Shown piece after piece: positions 33,042 through 42,187 of a stretch of 64,000 nt of DNA. The stretch is from the NCBI GenBank assembly GCA_963722485.1, contig CAVRNL010000015.1, forward strand, positions 5,759-69,758, in the 5' to 3' direction. The first letter of the stretch is position 1. Each line of letters starts with the position of its first letter. This DNA is from an uncultured Acidobacteriaceae bacterium. GTDB lineage: Bacteria; Acidobacteriota; Terriglobia; Terriglobales; Acidobacteriaceae. Below the pieces are notes generated by a model, which had not been told where the DNA came from, made no database searches, and worked only from the letters and a program-made list of their open reading frames with translations. A program made the position numbers and the translations under genes.

Positions 33042-35741
33042 ATGATGCGCACCCTCAAGCCGCCACGGCAGCCGTTGTTCTGGGCCGCCTTGGTATTTTC
33101 GCTCGGTCTGTGGACGGGCGTCCGCGCCTGGCGTCCACCGTCGTGGTGGGTGATCGCCTTAGTCGTCTTCACTTTTGCGGCATCATGGTTTCTTCCCAAA
33201 CGAGCCTGGCTGGCCAAGGCGCTCGCTTTGGGCGCGTGGTTTCTTCTAGGCGCTTTTCTGATTCAGGTTCGCGGTCAGCCGCCGCACGCACTGCAGGATG
33301 ACGCTCGAATTCTCACCCTCGCCGATGGCCGTGAAGTAACTCTTACAGCGCATGTGATGCGTGAGGGCTACTCGCGGTCCGCAGGGCCGCGCTCGATTCG
33401 TGAATCGATTGATGTGGAGACCGAAGAGATCGCGAGCCAAGGTGAAAGCTGGCCGGTGCGAGCCGGAGTGCGGCTGACGATTTACAAGACGGTGGAGGAT
33501 CGGGCCATCGGGTCATCGGAAAATCGGGTGATCGGGCCATCGGGCCATCGGGTGATCGAAGGTCAAGGGCATTTGGATCTCAATGACCCGATCACCCGAT
33601 CACCCGATCACCCGATCCCTCTGACCTACGGCACGCGCCTTCAGATTCTCGCCAAGTTGCACCCCGCGCGCAATTACCGCAATCCCGGAGCCTTCGATTA
33701 TGAAGGCTATCTCCGCGACAACGGCATCAGCGTGCTCGGCTCGGCCGAGGCAACGGACATTTCGCGACTTCCCGGATTTTCCGGCAGCCGCATTCAACTC
33801 TGGCGGACGCGCGTTCATGCCAGCATCGTGGCCAAGATTCACCAATTATGGCCCGCGTCGCAGGCCTCGCTCATGGACGCCATGGTGCTCGGCGAAGAAT
33901 CGTTCCTGCGCAATGCGACCCGCACCGAGTACCAGCGCTCGGGCACGTATCACGTGCTGGTAGTTTCCGGGATGAACTTGAGCATCCTGGCGTTCGCCAT
34001 TTTTTGGACGCTGCGCCAGTTTCGCGTCGATCCCGCGCTGGCCGCCCTCACCACGGTCGTGGTCTCGTTCGCATACGCATTCGTAGTCGGCGTCGGCCCG
34101 CCGGTATGGCGCGCCGCGTTGATGCTGGCAACATACCTAGGCGCGCGTCTGCTCTATCGCGAACGCAACATGATGAACGCCATTGGAGCCGCCGCGCTGG
34201 GAGTTCTGATCGTCGATCCGCATGCCCTGTTTGGCGCCAGTTTTCAGCTCACGTTTCTCGCTGTCTTCATCATCGCCGGCATCGGCTCTCCCATTCTCGA
34301 ACGGACAACGCTGCCCTACGCGCGCGGTCTGCGCCTGTTGCAAGCTGCCAGCTACGATTTGCACTTAGCTCCCAAGGTGGCGCAGTTCCGGCTCGACCTG
34401 CGGTTGATCGCAGGGCGGCTGAAAAGATTCGTCGGCGACCGCCTCAGCCTGGCGCTGCCCGCGATCTTCATGCGGGCAGCCATCGGCGTGGGCGAATTGA
34501 TCTTCATCTCGGCGCTGATGCAGGCGGGACTGGCGCTGCTCATGGCGTATCACTTTCATCGCGCCACCACCATGGGAATGCCGGCCAACATGGCGGTGAT
34601 TCCGCTCACCCAGGTGCTGATGCCCGCTGCCGCCGCCGCCGTCGGCTTGGGATACATCTCGACAGTTCTGGCCAAACCCGCGGTTTGGATCTCCGGCTTC
34701 GCGCTCGAAGGGATTGCGGGAACGGTGCACTGGCTCGGCGGCGCCCAACTCGCTGGAGCATCGATTGCCGATCTGCGCGTAGCCATGCCCACGCTCACGA
34801 TGATTCTGGCTTCGATTGCCGCCCTGGCGCTCGCCATGCTGGCGGCGCAAATCCGTCGCGCGCGCTGGGCCGCGTTCGCTTCCGTGGCGTTGTTGTTCGC
34901 CGTTGCCGGATGGATCGCGTTTTTCCCGTCGCGCCCTCACCTTCACGCCGGCGTGATGGAGATGACCACCATCGACGTCGGACAAGGCGATTCCATTCTT
35001 CTGGTCACGCCCGAGGGCCGCGCCATCCTCATCGATGCCGGAGGCATTCCCCAGTGGATGCATTCCGATTTCGATCTCGGCGAACAGGTGGTCTCTTCGT
35101 ATCTTTGGAATCGCGGCATCGATCGTCTCGACGTGGTCGCCATCACCCATCCTCATGCCGACCACCTCGGTGGAATGCCCGCGGTGATTGCAAATTTCCA
35201 CCCGCGAGAACTCTGGATCAGCATCGACAAACCGGCGGGCGAACTGGCGCCCATCGTTGCCCAAGCCCAGCGCGCGGGAATGAATGTGTCGGTAAAACAA
35301 GAAGGCGATCAATTCGATTACGGCGGAGCGCATTTCCAGATGCTCGCTCCCGGACGCGACCAAATTACCGGCTCGATGCGCCCGAACGACGATTGCCTTG
35401 TGTTTACGGCCAAGTTCGGCGGCACCACCGCTTTACTAGAGGGAGACGCGGAGCGTCCAGCCGAACGGCGCGTCGTCGAAGAGCATCCCGAGGCGATGCT
35501 GCTGAAGGTGGCCCATCACGGCAGCGCCAGTGGAACCTCTGCCGATCTGCTAGCGACTGTTCATCCGCGCTACGCTGTTATTTCCGTTGGTGCGCGAAAT
35601 GTGTATGGACATCCCCGGCGCGAGGTCCTGGAACGGCTGCAGCAAGCTGGCGTGAAAACCTACCGCACCGACGAGGAGGGCGCTATCAGTTTTTACCTCG
35701 ACGGCAAGTCCGTGACTCCGGACGTGGCGCTTCTCCACTGA
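33042..35741 (+). CDS. comEC: DNA internalization competence protein ComEC/Rec2
   Basis: Multi-TM competence domain (SGTYHVLVVSGMNL) and a C-terminal metallo-beta-lactamase domain (ITHPHADHLGG, VAHHGS). Confidence 0.9.
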   Translation: MMRTLKPPRQPLFWAALVFSLGLWTGVRAWRPPSWWVIALVVFTFAASWFLPKRAWLAKALALGAWFLLGAFLIQVRGQPPHALQDDARILTLADGREVTLTAHVMREGYSRSAGPRSIRESIDVETEEIASQGESWPVRAGVRLTIYKTVEDRAIGSSENRVIGPSGHRVIEGQGHLDLNDPITRSPDHPIPLTYGTRLQILAKLHPARNYRNPGAFDYEGYLRDNGISVLGSAEATDISRLPGFSGSRIQLWRTRVHASIVAKIHQLWPASQASLMDAMVLGEESFLRNATRTEYQRSGTYHVLVVSGMNLSILAFAIFWTLRQFRVDPALAALTTVVVSFAYAFVVGVGPPVWRAALMLATYLGARLLYRERNMMNAIGAAALGVLIVDPHALFGASFQLTFLAVFIIAGIGSPILERTTLPYARGLRLLQAASYDLHLAPKVAQFRLDLRLIAGRLKRFVGDRLSLALPAIFMRAAIGVGELIFISALMQAGLALLMAYHFHRATTMGMPANMAVIPLTQVLMPAAAAAVGLGYISTVLAKPAVWISGFALEGIAGTVHWLGGAQLAGASIADLRVAMPTLTMILASIAALALAMLAAQIRRARWAAFASVALLFAVAGWIAFFPSRPHLHAGVMEMTTIDVGQGDSILLVTPEGRAILIDAGGIPQWMHSDFDLGEQVVSSYLWNRGIDRLDVVAITHPHADHLGGMPAVIANFHPRELWISIDKPAGELAPIVAQAQRAGMNVSVKQEGDQFDYGGAHFQMLAPGRDQITGSMRPNDDCLVFTAKFGGTTALLEGDAERPAERRVVEEHPEAMLLKVAHHGSASGTSADLLATVHPRYAVISVGARNVYGHPRREVLERLQQAGVKTYRTDEEGAISFYLDGKSVTPDVALLH
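33497..33618. repeat. hairpin with tandem-octamer arms (ATCGGGNN units), in-frame inside comEC
   Basis: The left arm has 7 units of ATCGGGNN. The right arm is GACCCGATCACCCGATCACCCGATCACCCGATCC. The outer GGATCGGG/CCCGATCC pair closes a 122-nt element. Confidence 0.8.
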
Positions 35742-35848
35742 AATAAGGCCAGGTTTCAAAGTTTCAAGGTTTCAATGTTTCAGCGTCGCTTTCTGATGTT
35801 CAGACATTGAAACTCTGAAACTTTGAAACTTTGAAACCTGGCCTTATT
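35742..35848. repeat. hairpin with tandem-octamer arms, GTTTCAAN family
   Basis: AATAAGGCCAGGTTTCAAAGTTTCAA pairs perfectly (26 bp) with its complement, and the pairing continues imperfectly. It spans exactly from the comEC stop to the stop of the convergent gene. Confidence 0.85.
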
Positions 35849-35849
35849 C

Positions 35850-36137
35850 TCACCCACTGATGTCGGCCGTCTCGTCGTCGAGCGGCGGCAACTTACGATA
35901 CGCCGCGATAATCTTTTCCGCCTCGGGCGCGTCTTCTTCGCGCACCAGGATGACCGTTCCACCGACGCCGGGAAACGCGTCCTGAACCGCGTCAATGGAT
36001 TTTAAGTCCGATTCGATGCCCGCGGATTCGAGCAAGCCCTTCACAACGAGGGCCTCGTTTTCCTGCTCGGCGTCGAAAACCTTGACGAGTTTCTCATCGG
36101 GCTCGGGTTGGGGCGAAAGGTTAGTCGGCTCTGGCAT
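35850..36137 (-). CDS. DUF2007-like small protein
   Basis: 95 aa. LVKVFDAEQENEALVVKGLLESAGIES and VREEDAPEAEKII resemble the DUF2007 pattern. Confidence 0.55.
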   Translation of the reverse strand: MPEPTNLSPQPEPDEKLVKVFDAEQENEALVVKGLLESAGIESDLKSIDAVQDAFPGVGGTVILVREEDAPEAEKIIAAYRKLPPLDDETADISG

Positions 36138-36318
36138 GCGTCCTCCGTAAACGGTCTCCTAACAGAGTACGGCAGTCCCCATCTCTCTGTCTTGCCGATC
36201 GCAAAGGTGTACGCCCAAAGGAAGCTTGATTCGCAAGCCAAAGCTGGCACAATGGCGGCTGGGGCGCAACGCCGGGGCCGCAGTCAACATCTATAAGAGA
36301 AGCCGGGGGGTCGGCCGC

Positions 36319-36546
36319 ATGAACGAAGACGAGGCCCGAAGACTGCGGCGCCTGCAGATGATGATGAGCATGGTCATGTCGGTGATCGGCCAGGATCCCG
36401 GCCTGACACTGGAAGAGGCCGCGGACATGGCCGCCAATGCCCGCCGCGCCGCCCTAAGCATGTTTCCCGGCAAAGAGCTCACCTATGACATCATCTACCG
36501 CCCGCGCCTGCAGCGCCTGATCAACGAGCGCTTCCGGCTGCAGTAG
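36319..36546 (+). CDS. small hypothetical protein
   Basis: 75 aa from ATG 36319. Weak call. Confidence 0.35.
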   Translation: MNEDEARRLRRLQMMMSMVMSVIGQDPGLTLEEAADMAANARRAALSMFPGKELTYDIIYRPRLQRLINERFRLQ

Positions 36547-36595
36547 AGACTATCGATGGAGAGACGGGTGCCCATGCCCGTACAACTGAAGCCGG

Positions 36596-36636
36596 GTGCC
36601 CCATCCTAACGTCGTGCCTTTCGACGTTAGGGTGGG
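36596..36636 (+). repeat. REP, GTGCCCCA-head family
   Basis: GTGCCCCATCCTAACGTCG-TGCCTTT-CGACGTTAGGGTGGG. It shares GTGCCCCATCCT with the RAYT-adjacent copy and lies between convergent genes. Confidence 0.8.
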
Positions 36637-36705
36637 ATTCCAACGCCGCGTGAAGCTGGGGATTTCCCCGGAAGTTGAGGAACATGAATTGTCCCGCTGC
36701 AGGAT

Positions 36706-37467
36706 TTACTTCTCGATCCGCTGCAGCCGAAACAGCAGCGTGCCCCATCCCAGCTTGACCCGCATCTGCACCGGCGTGTGGCCCCCATCCTCCGAATACC
36801 ATACCCACACCTTGCCCTTGGACTGCAGCGGCCCGGAGATGGCTTCGGCTGTCACCTGTACTGTCGAAAATGTTCCGGCCGGCACTTTGATAGGCTCGCG
36901 CTTGTCCACGCTGGCGCGGACGATCGTCGTCTTCCCGTCACTGATCGGGAATTCGTATCTTTCACCGAGCTGCAGCGGCATCGACTGCAAGTAGTAAAAA
37001 CCGGTAATCACGTCGGTGGCGCAAGCGGCAAGATCGTTTTCGACGTGCTTGGTCTCGCCAGTCTTCAAATTCTTTTCATCGAGCGTGCTTTTCTTATGCG
37101 CGTAATCGAAGCGGATCGAAGTCTCGCGTTTGTGCGAGCCCTCCTCGCTGTGCTTGAAGATGGAGAGCGAGCAGAACGTCCGCGGCTCGAAGCGCGATTC
37201 GAAGTGGTCGTGCACCGGAAAGATGACGTTGACAGCTCCCGAAGATTCAGCGGACGCCGTGACTTTGCGTTCGTTCCCGGCAACATCCATTCTCACGATG
37301 GCGGTTCCGGCGGGAATCAAATGCCACTCCACCGAATAAACGAGGCTTCGTCCATCGGGGAAAGGATAGTTGGGACGTGGCGGCGCGATCTGCACCGGAG
37401 CCGGGCCGATGGTTGCCGTGGGCGGCCTCTGTTGCGCGCACAACATGGCCGCGACCAGCAAGATCAT
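36706..37467 (-). CDS. DUF3108-like exported protein
   Basis: I set the start to ATG 37467 (MILLVAAMLCAQQ). SLVYSVEWHLIPAGTAIV and the C-terminal GKVWVWYSEDGGHTPVQMRVKLGWGTLLFRL fit DUF3108. The longer ORF reads through a repeat. Confidence 0.7.
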   Translation of the reverse strand: MILLVAAMLCAQQRPPTATIGPAPVQIAPPRPNYPFPDGRSLVYSVEWHLIPAGTAIVRMDVAGNERKVTASAESSGAVNVIFPVHDHFESRFEPRTFCSLSIFKHSEEGSHKRETSIRFDYAHKKSTLDEKNLKTGETKHVENDLAACATDVITGFYYLQSMPLQLGERYEFPISDGKTTIVRASVDKREPIKVPAGTFSTVQVTAEAISGPLQSKGKVWVWYSEDGGHTPVQMRVKLGWGTLLFRLQRIEK

Positions 37468-37512
37468 GCAGCCGAGCACTGAACCGTAGATCGCCGCGCC
37501 TGGCGCAAGAAT

Positions 37513-37606
37513 CCAGCCCCGGCAGGGGCGAGCTACCTTAGCCCCGCGCTTCAGCGCGGGGTGGGCTCGGAAAAACCGGCGCAGTCCCGGAGGGACGACC
37601 CAGTTC
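37513..37606 (+). repeat. about 94-nt dispersed repeat, copy 1
   Basis: About 80% identical by eye to 57303-57395 in the same orientation. Contains CCCCGCGC-TTCA-GCGCGGGG and GTCCCGGAGGGACGACCC. Confidence 0.8.
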
Positions 37607-37657
37607 CTGCGGCGACTTTTCAAACCCTGAGGCAATCGGCTCATGCTCCCCGGCAGA

Positions 37658-38239
37658 CTACCACACCAGCTTGGCGACGAGCACGGCCAGCACGACCACG
37701 CAGCCAATGCTGGCCTCGTACTCGCGGTGCTTCCAGTAGCGTGCGGAAGAGTACGCACTCTGCTGGCTGCCGTAGCGCGTCAGCCGCGGCAGCATCCGCG
37801 GCACGTGGCGGGCATAGTCGTCGTAGCCGGGAAACGTCCGGCGCAGGTAGCGCTCTTCGCCGGCAATCACCGGAACATAAATCACAGCGAACATCGCGAG
37901 CATGATCGCGACGATCCACCAACTGCGCGCCGCGATGGCAAATCCGGCGGCCAGCATCAGCGAGCCGAGGTACAAAGGGTTGCGAGTGTAAGCGTAGGGA
38001 CCGCTGGTGGTAAGCTGCTTGTCTTTTTGCACATGGCCCGAAGCCAGTCCGCGCAAGACCAGCCCCGGAAGCAGCACCAGCGCGCCCGCAATCAGAGAAG
38101 TCCTTGTCGGCCGCGCCAGCAGCACGAAGACAACCGCAAAAATAAATCCCAGAGGCACGCGGATGCGACGGGCCACGCGCGACCAGGTGTCTCCCGCGGT
38201 CGACGCGGATTGCGATCCGGATTGTGAAACGTCACTCAC
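37658..38239 (-). CDS. isoprenylcysteine carboxyl / phospholipid methyltransferase family membrane protein
   Basis: TSGPYAYTRNPLYLGSLMLAAG and GEERYLRRTFPGYDDY. A GTG 38239 start gives an 8-nt overlap with the upstream gene. The longer start would read the tandem repeat. Confidence 0.7.
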   Translation of the reverse strand: MSDVSQSGSQSASTAGDTWSRVARRIRVPLGFIFAVVFVLLARPTRTSLIAGALVLLPGLVLRGLASGHVQKDKQLTTSGPYAYTRNPLYLGSLMLAAGFAIAARSWWIVAIMLAMFAVIYVPVIAGEERYLRRTFPGYDDYARHVPRMLPRLTRYGSQQSAYSSARYWKHREYEASIGCVVVLAVLVAKLVW

Positions 38240-39455
38240 TTGATTTTGGAAGACCTGATTTTGGAAGACCTGATTTTGGAAGACCTGATTCTGGAGGACT
38301 CGGTTCCGTAATGTCTTCGGCAATATGACGTTCTGCGGCGCGACTCTGCAGCAACTTCCGAGTCGCCCCGACAACTTCAGCGACGGTGATCTCGAGCAAT
38401 CCCTGTTCCGGCTCGCGGCGTCGAGTGTGATCGGTCACACTGCTCGCACTTCGCAGCACCGCCGATCGCGTCCCGAACGGCCCGTTGCGCGACGGATTTG
38501 TCGGACCAAAAATTGCCACCACCGGAATTCTCAAAGCGGCCGCCAGGTGCATCGGTCCGGTGTCGCCGCCGATGAGAAGACGAGCCCGGCGCGCGAGCGC
38601 GATCAACTCAGAAACCGAGCAGCAAATTTTTCGCGCCGTCCCTTCACTGGCGGCTTCCACGGCCACGGCCAGCTCTTCCTCGCCCGGCCCGTAGTTTACG
38701 AGCGAACACAATCCATCTTTTGCAAGTTCCTTCGCAACCTGTCCGTAACGCTCGGCCGGCCATCTCTTCGCTCCCCAGCCCGCGCCGGGATTGAGAATCG
38801 CGAAGCCGTTCCCATCCGCCGTAAGGCCGGCAATTCTTCCCTCTGCATCCGGGTCCACCGGGAACTCCACCGGAGCTTCCATCGCCGCCGTTGGAAGGCT
38901 ATTGGACAAAAAGCCCGCAGTTCGAATGACCGCTTCCGCCAACTCAAGCGCCTGTTCAATCACATGAGTGCCGTTCGTGTTCAAGAGCACTTTTCGTGTG
39001 TAAAACATGCTGGCGGCATTCTCACGCGGTTGCGCGCTTCCATAAACCACGGGTGCGCCCGACCAGCGAGCCAGTAATGCCGAGCGGATCGCGCCCTGAA
39101 AATCAATGGCTGCGGCGTATCGGATTCCGCGCAGTTCACTCAATCCCGCCGCCATCTGTTGCCAGGTATTGAACGAGAAGGGCGCGTGGCGCCATTCCGC
39201 CGTGTTGACGGCATGCACGCGGTCGACCAGCGGGCGCTGCGCAGAGCGCCGTCCCGAGCGCGGATAGCGCAGCGTGCACAGCAGTTCCGCCCAGCGCTCT
39301 TCGACCAGCCATCCCAAAGTGGCGTGAGGAAAAGCCTGGCGCAGCGCGGCGGCGGCAGGCAACGTGTGAATGATGTCGCCCATGGCACTGAGGCGAACGA
39401 TGAGCAGGCTGTCGAATCGCGGAGTGCCGGCGGTGAGAGCAAAAGAGTCGGTCAT
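38232..39455 (-). CDS. glycosyltransferase family 9 (LPS heptosyltransferase)
   Basis: LIVRLSAMGDIIHTLPA and GGDTGPMHLAAAL. The C-terminus is extended by GLPKS repeats. Confidence 0.85.
   Translation of the reverse strand: MTDSFALTAGTPRFDSLLIVRLSAMGDIIHTLPAAAALRQAFPHATLGWLVEERWAELLCTLRYPRSGRRSAQRPLVDRVHAVNTAEWRHAPFSFNTWQQMAAGLSELRGIRYAAAIDFQGAIRSALLARWSGAPVVYGSAQPRENAASMFYTRKVLLNTNGTHVIEQALELAEAVIRTAGFLSNSLPTAAMEAPVEFPVDPDAEGRIAGLTADGNGFAILNPGAGWGAKRWPAERYGQVAKELAKDGLCSLVNYGPGEEELAVAVEAASEGTARKICCSVSELIALARRARLLIGGDTGPMHLAAALRIPVVAIFGPTNPSRNGPFGTRSAVLRSASSVTDHTRRREPEQGLLEITVAEVVGATRKLLQSRAAERHIAEDITEPSPPESGLPKSGLPKSGLPKSSE
38241..38300. repeat. 15-bp tandem repeat x4
   Basis: TGATTTTGGAAGACC occurs 3 times perfectly, followed by TGATTCTGGAGGACT. 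Confidence 0.9.
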
Positions 39456-39495
39456 CTTTTTTGTCGCAGCCCGCCTTGTCGCAACCCGCGCTGTC

Positions 39496-39996
39496 TCATG
39501 ATTTTCGCCGCCCCAGCCGCGAGCGCGACTGAATGATCTCGGTGGCCGAGTGATTCTTCGGATCGCCCACGATCACGACTCGGCCTCCACAGGCTTCGAC
39601 CTCCGCGCGCTCGGGGACGCTCTCCACCGTGTAGTCGGTGCCCTTGGCATGGAAATCAGGACGAATTTCGCGAATGATGGCGCGCACGTCGTTTTCCGAA
39701 AAAATAACGACGGCATCCACATCCGCCAGCGACGCCAGAATCTCCGCGCGTTCTTCGGCTGGCATTGCGGGACGCCCTTCGCCCTTCAGCGCACGCGCGG
39801 AAGCGTCGGAATTCACCGCCACAATCAGTTTGCCGCCGAGTTCCCGCGCAGCGTGCAGGTAACGTACATGTCCGACATGCAGCACATCGAAACATCCGTT
39901 GGCCAGCGTGACGCGCTCGCCGGCGCGCCGCCAATCCGCCACAAGCTGCTGCAGTTCGTCGCGTGAAACAATTTTCTGATGGAGTGATGGGCTCAA
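39496..39996 (-). CDS. hldC: D-glycero-beta-D-manno-heptose 1-phosphate adenylyltransferase
   Basis: Cytidylyltransferase motif [15 protein letters not shown] (RfaE domain II type). Confidence 0.9.
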   Translation of the reverse strand: MSPSLHQKIVSRDELQQLVADWRRAGERVTLANGCFDVLHVGHVRYLHAARELGGKLIVAVNSDASARALKGEGRPAMPAEERAEILASLADVDAVVIFSENDVRAIIREIRPDFHAKGTDYTVESVPERAEVEACGGRVVIVGDPKNHSATEIIQSRSRLGRRKS

Positions 39997-40059
39997 TTGA
40001 TCTCGTGTTGATGCCTCAGCCAGTGTCGTACCCCGTCAATCTGGAACCAAGGTATGGAT

Positions 40060-40143
40060 TGTCATCTTGAGCGAAGCGAAAGACCTATGTATTTTGCTTG
40101 CGCTGCCGGAATGCATAGGTCCTTCGCTTCGCTCAGGATGACA
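40060..40143. repeat. long palindrome, TGTCATCCTGAGCGAAGCGAAGGACC family, copy 2
   Basis: 34-nt arms and a 16-nt loop, lying between hldA and hldC. Confidence 0.85.
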
Positions 40144-40170
40144 GCGTAGATTTGCTCGCGCTGCGCTACT

Positions 40171-41208
40171 CTAATGTTCGCGGGCCACCGGCGGCGTCTT
40201 TTGGAGCGCCTCCAGCAATTCCTCGCCGCTGACCGTGGCTGTCCCGCGCTTCATTACCACAATGCCGCCCGCGTAGTTCGCCAGGTGGGCGGCCTCTTCG
40301 GCGCTTGCGCCCGCAGCCAGGGCAGCGGTGAAAGTCGCGATGACGGTATCGCCAGCGCCGGTTACGTCCGTGACTTCATCGCTGCCATAGATCGGAACAT
40401 CCACCGGCTTGTGCCGTCGCGGGAAAACCACCATGCCATCCTTGCCGCGCGTGATCACGAGCGATTCCAGACTCATTGCGCCCGCAATCTGTTCTCCGGC
40501 AGCCAGCAGGCGCTCCCAGTCGTTGCCGATGCGGATGCTGAGAGCCGCTTCCACCTCAGACTCATTCGGCGTTGCCGCCGTGATGCCGGAAAATTCGAGC
40601 ATGCGATAGCGTGAGTCGAGCGTTATGGGAACCTTGTCGATCCCGCGCTTCTCACGAATCACATTCAGCAAAGTCGGCGTTGCCGCGCCGTATCCGTAGT
40701 CGGAAACCAGCAACGCATCGGATGCCCGCGTGTATTCGCGCGCGGCCAGCACCAGTTCGCGGCGCAGATGCGAATTCGGGCCCTCGGACGGCTCGCGGTC
40801 AAGCCGCACCACCTGCTGTCCCGCCGTGTGCGCGAATCCCGCCAGGATGCGCGTCTTGGTCACCGTGCTGTAGTCCTTGTCTTTGAACACACCGCTGACC
40901 GGGATGCGTTTGTGCCGGAAGGCGCGCAGCAGCAGCTTTCCCGGTTCGTCGTCGCCCACCACCCCAACCGGCAAGACGTTCACTCCGAGGTCGGCAAGGT
41001 TGTAGATGGCATTCGCGCCGCCGCCAGGAACCACCGTGCGATCGCGGTGCTTCAAGATCAGCACGGGCGCTTCGCGCGAGACCCGCGAAATTTCGCCGAA
41101 CACGAACTCGTCGGCCACCAGATCCGCGAGTACGGTGATGGTGAGCTTGGGGAAAGATTCGACGATCTTCCGCAGCCGGTCGTTTTCTTTAATATGTTTT
41201 GTCATCAA
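40171..41208 (-). CDS. hldA: D-glycero-beta-D-manno-heptose-7-phosphate kinase
   Basis: PfkB-family sugar kinase (GGGANAIYNLADLG, DVTGAGDTVIA), RfaE domain I type. Confidence 0.9.
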   Translation of the reverse strand: MMTKHIKENDRLRKIVESFPKLTITVLADLVADEFVFGEISRVSREAPVLILKHRDRTVVPGGGANAIYNLADLGVNVLPVGVVGDDEPGKLLLRAFRHKRIPVSGVFKDKDYSTVTKTRILAGFAHTAGQQVVRLDREPSEGPNSHLRRELVLAAREYTRASDALLVSDYGYGAATPTLLNVIREKRGIDKVPITLDSRYRMLEFSGITAATPNESEVEAALSIRIGNDWERLLAAGEQIAGAMSLESLVITRGKDGMVVFPRRHKPVDVPIYGSDEVTDVTGAGDTVIATFTAALAAGASAEEAAHLANYAGGIVVMKRGTATVSGEELLEALQKTPPVAREH

Positions 41209-41242
41209 TATGCCGGACCATTTGCTGCAACCTTAGATTTTC

Positions 41243-42187
41243 TCACGAGCGGGCCTTCGATTCCGCGATCCTCGCCAAAATGGCACCCACAACGCTAGTA
41301 GGATGGTCAAGCGTAAGGCGGAGCGCGGCGATCGCGAACGGCTTGAGCTCCGCCTGCAATGTTCCCAGATTGACCGCATCTTTTTCTGTGGTTAAGAAGC
41401 CGCCCGCGCCAAGCTTGCCGCGCATGGCCAGCAGTCGCCCAATGTCTCTTTTGTCATAGGCATGGTGGTCGCGAAATTCAATCTCCGCCGCAGGCGTAAT
41501 CCCGGCGGCGCGTACTTGGGCGAAAAATTGCTGCGGCTTCGCGATACCACAGAACACAATCGGCGCGGAAGGCAGGTTCGGGAGAACGAGCGCGCGCTCG
41601 ATTCGCCAGACCGGCTTTTGCCTCAGCGCCGGGTGATCCGCTGCCAATCCCGCGGGCAGCACGACTGCATCCGCGCGAACGAGCGACGACAGCGGTTCGC
41701 GCAGGCGTCCCAAAGGTAACAACCGGTCGTCGACGTCGTGCTCTGTCATCAGCACGATGTCGAAGTCGCGCGCCAGAGAACGATGCTGGAAGCCGTCGTC
41801 GAGGATGTGCAATTGCGGCAGGAATTTCCGCTCGCCGACTCGCCCCGCCTCATAGCGGCTTTCCCCGACGATCACCGGAACTCCCAGCCGCCGCGCGATC
41901 AGCAGCGGCTCATCGCCGAAGTCGGCGGCGCTGCCATCGGGCTCTACTACTAAAACGCCCCGAGTTTTGCGGCCATATCCGCGCGAGAGCACATCGAAGG
42001 GAATGCGGCGCGCCTGCAGCAGTTCGCCCAGCGCGATCACGAACGGAGTCTTGCCCGAACCACCCACCGACAAATTCCCGATGCTCATCACCGGTTGCTC
42101 CAGCCGCCGCGAAGACAGCACCCCGCGATCGTAAAGCGTGTTTCGCAGAGCGGTCGCAGCACCGTAAATTCCGGGAAGCGGATTCAT
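41243..42187 (-). CDS. lpxK: tetraacyldisaccharide 4'-kinase
   Basis: P-loop GNLSVGGSGKTPF. ATGA overlap with waaA. Confidence 0.9.
   Translation of the reverse strand: MNPLPGIYGAATALRNTLYDRGVLSSRRLEQPVMSIGNLSVGGSGKTPFVIALGELLQARRIPFDVLSRGYGRKTRGVLVVEPDGSAADFGDEPLLIARRLGVPVIVGESRYEAGRVGERKFLPQLHILDDGFQHRSLARDFDIVLMTEHDVDDRLLPLGRLREPLSSLVRADAVVLPAGLAADHPALRQKPVWRIERALVLPNLPSAPIVFCGIAKPQQFFAQVRAAGITPAAEIEFRDHHAYDKRDIGRLLAMRGKLGAGGFLTTEKDAVNLGTLQAELKPFAIAALRLTLDHPTSVVGAILARIAESKARS

Noticed and set aside
33848-35746. 632-aa plus-strand ORF in another frame of comEC
   Set aside because: It is Arg/Pro/Ser-rich out-of-frame read-through. The ComEC frame carries the competence and beta-lactamase motifs.
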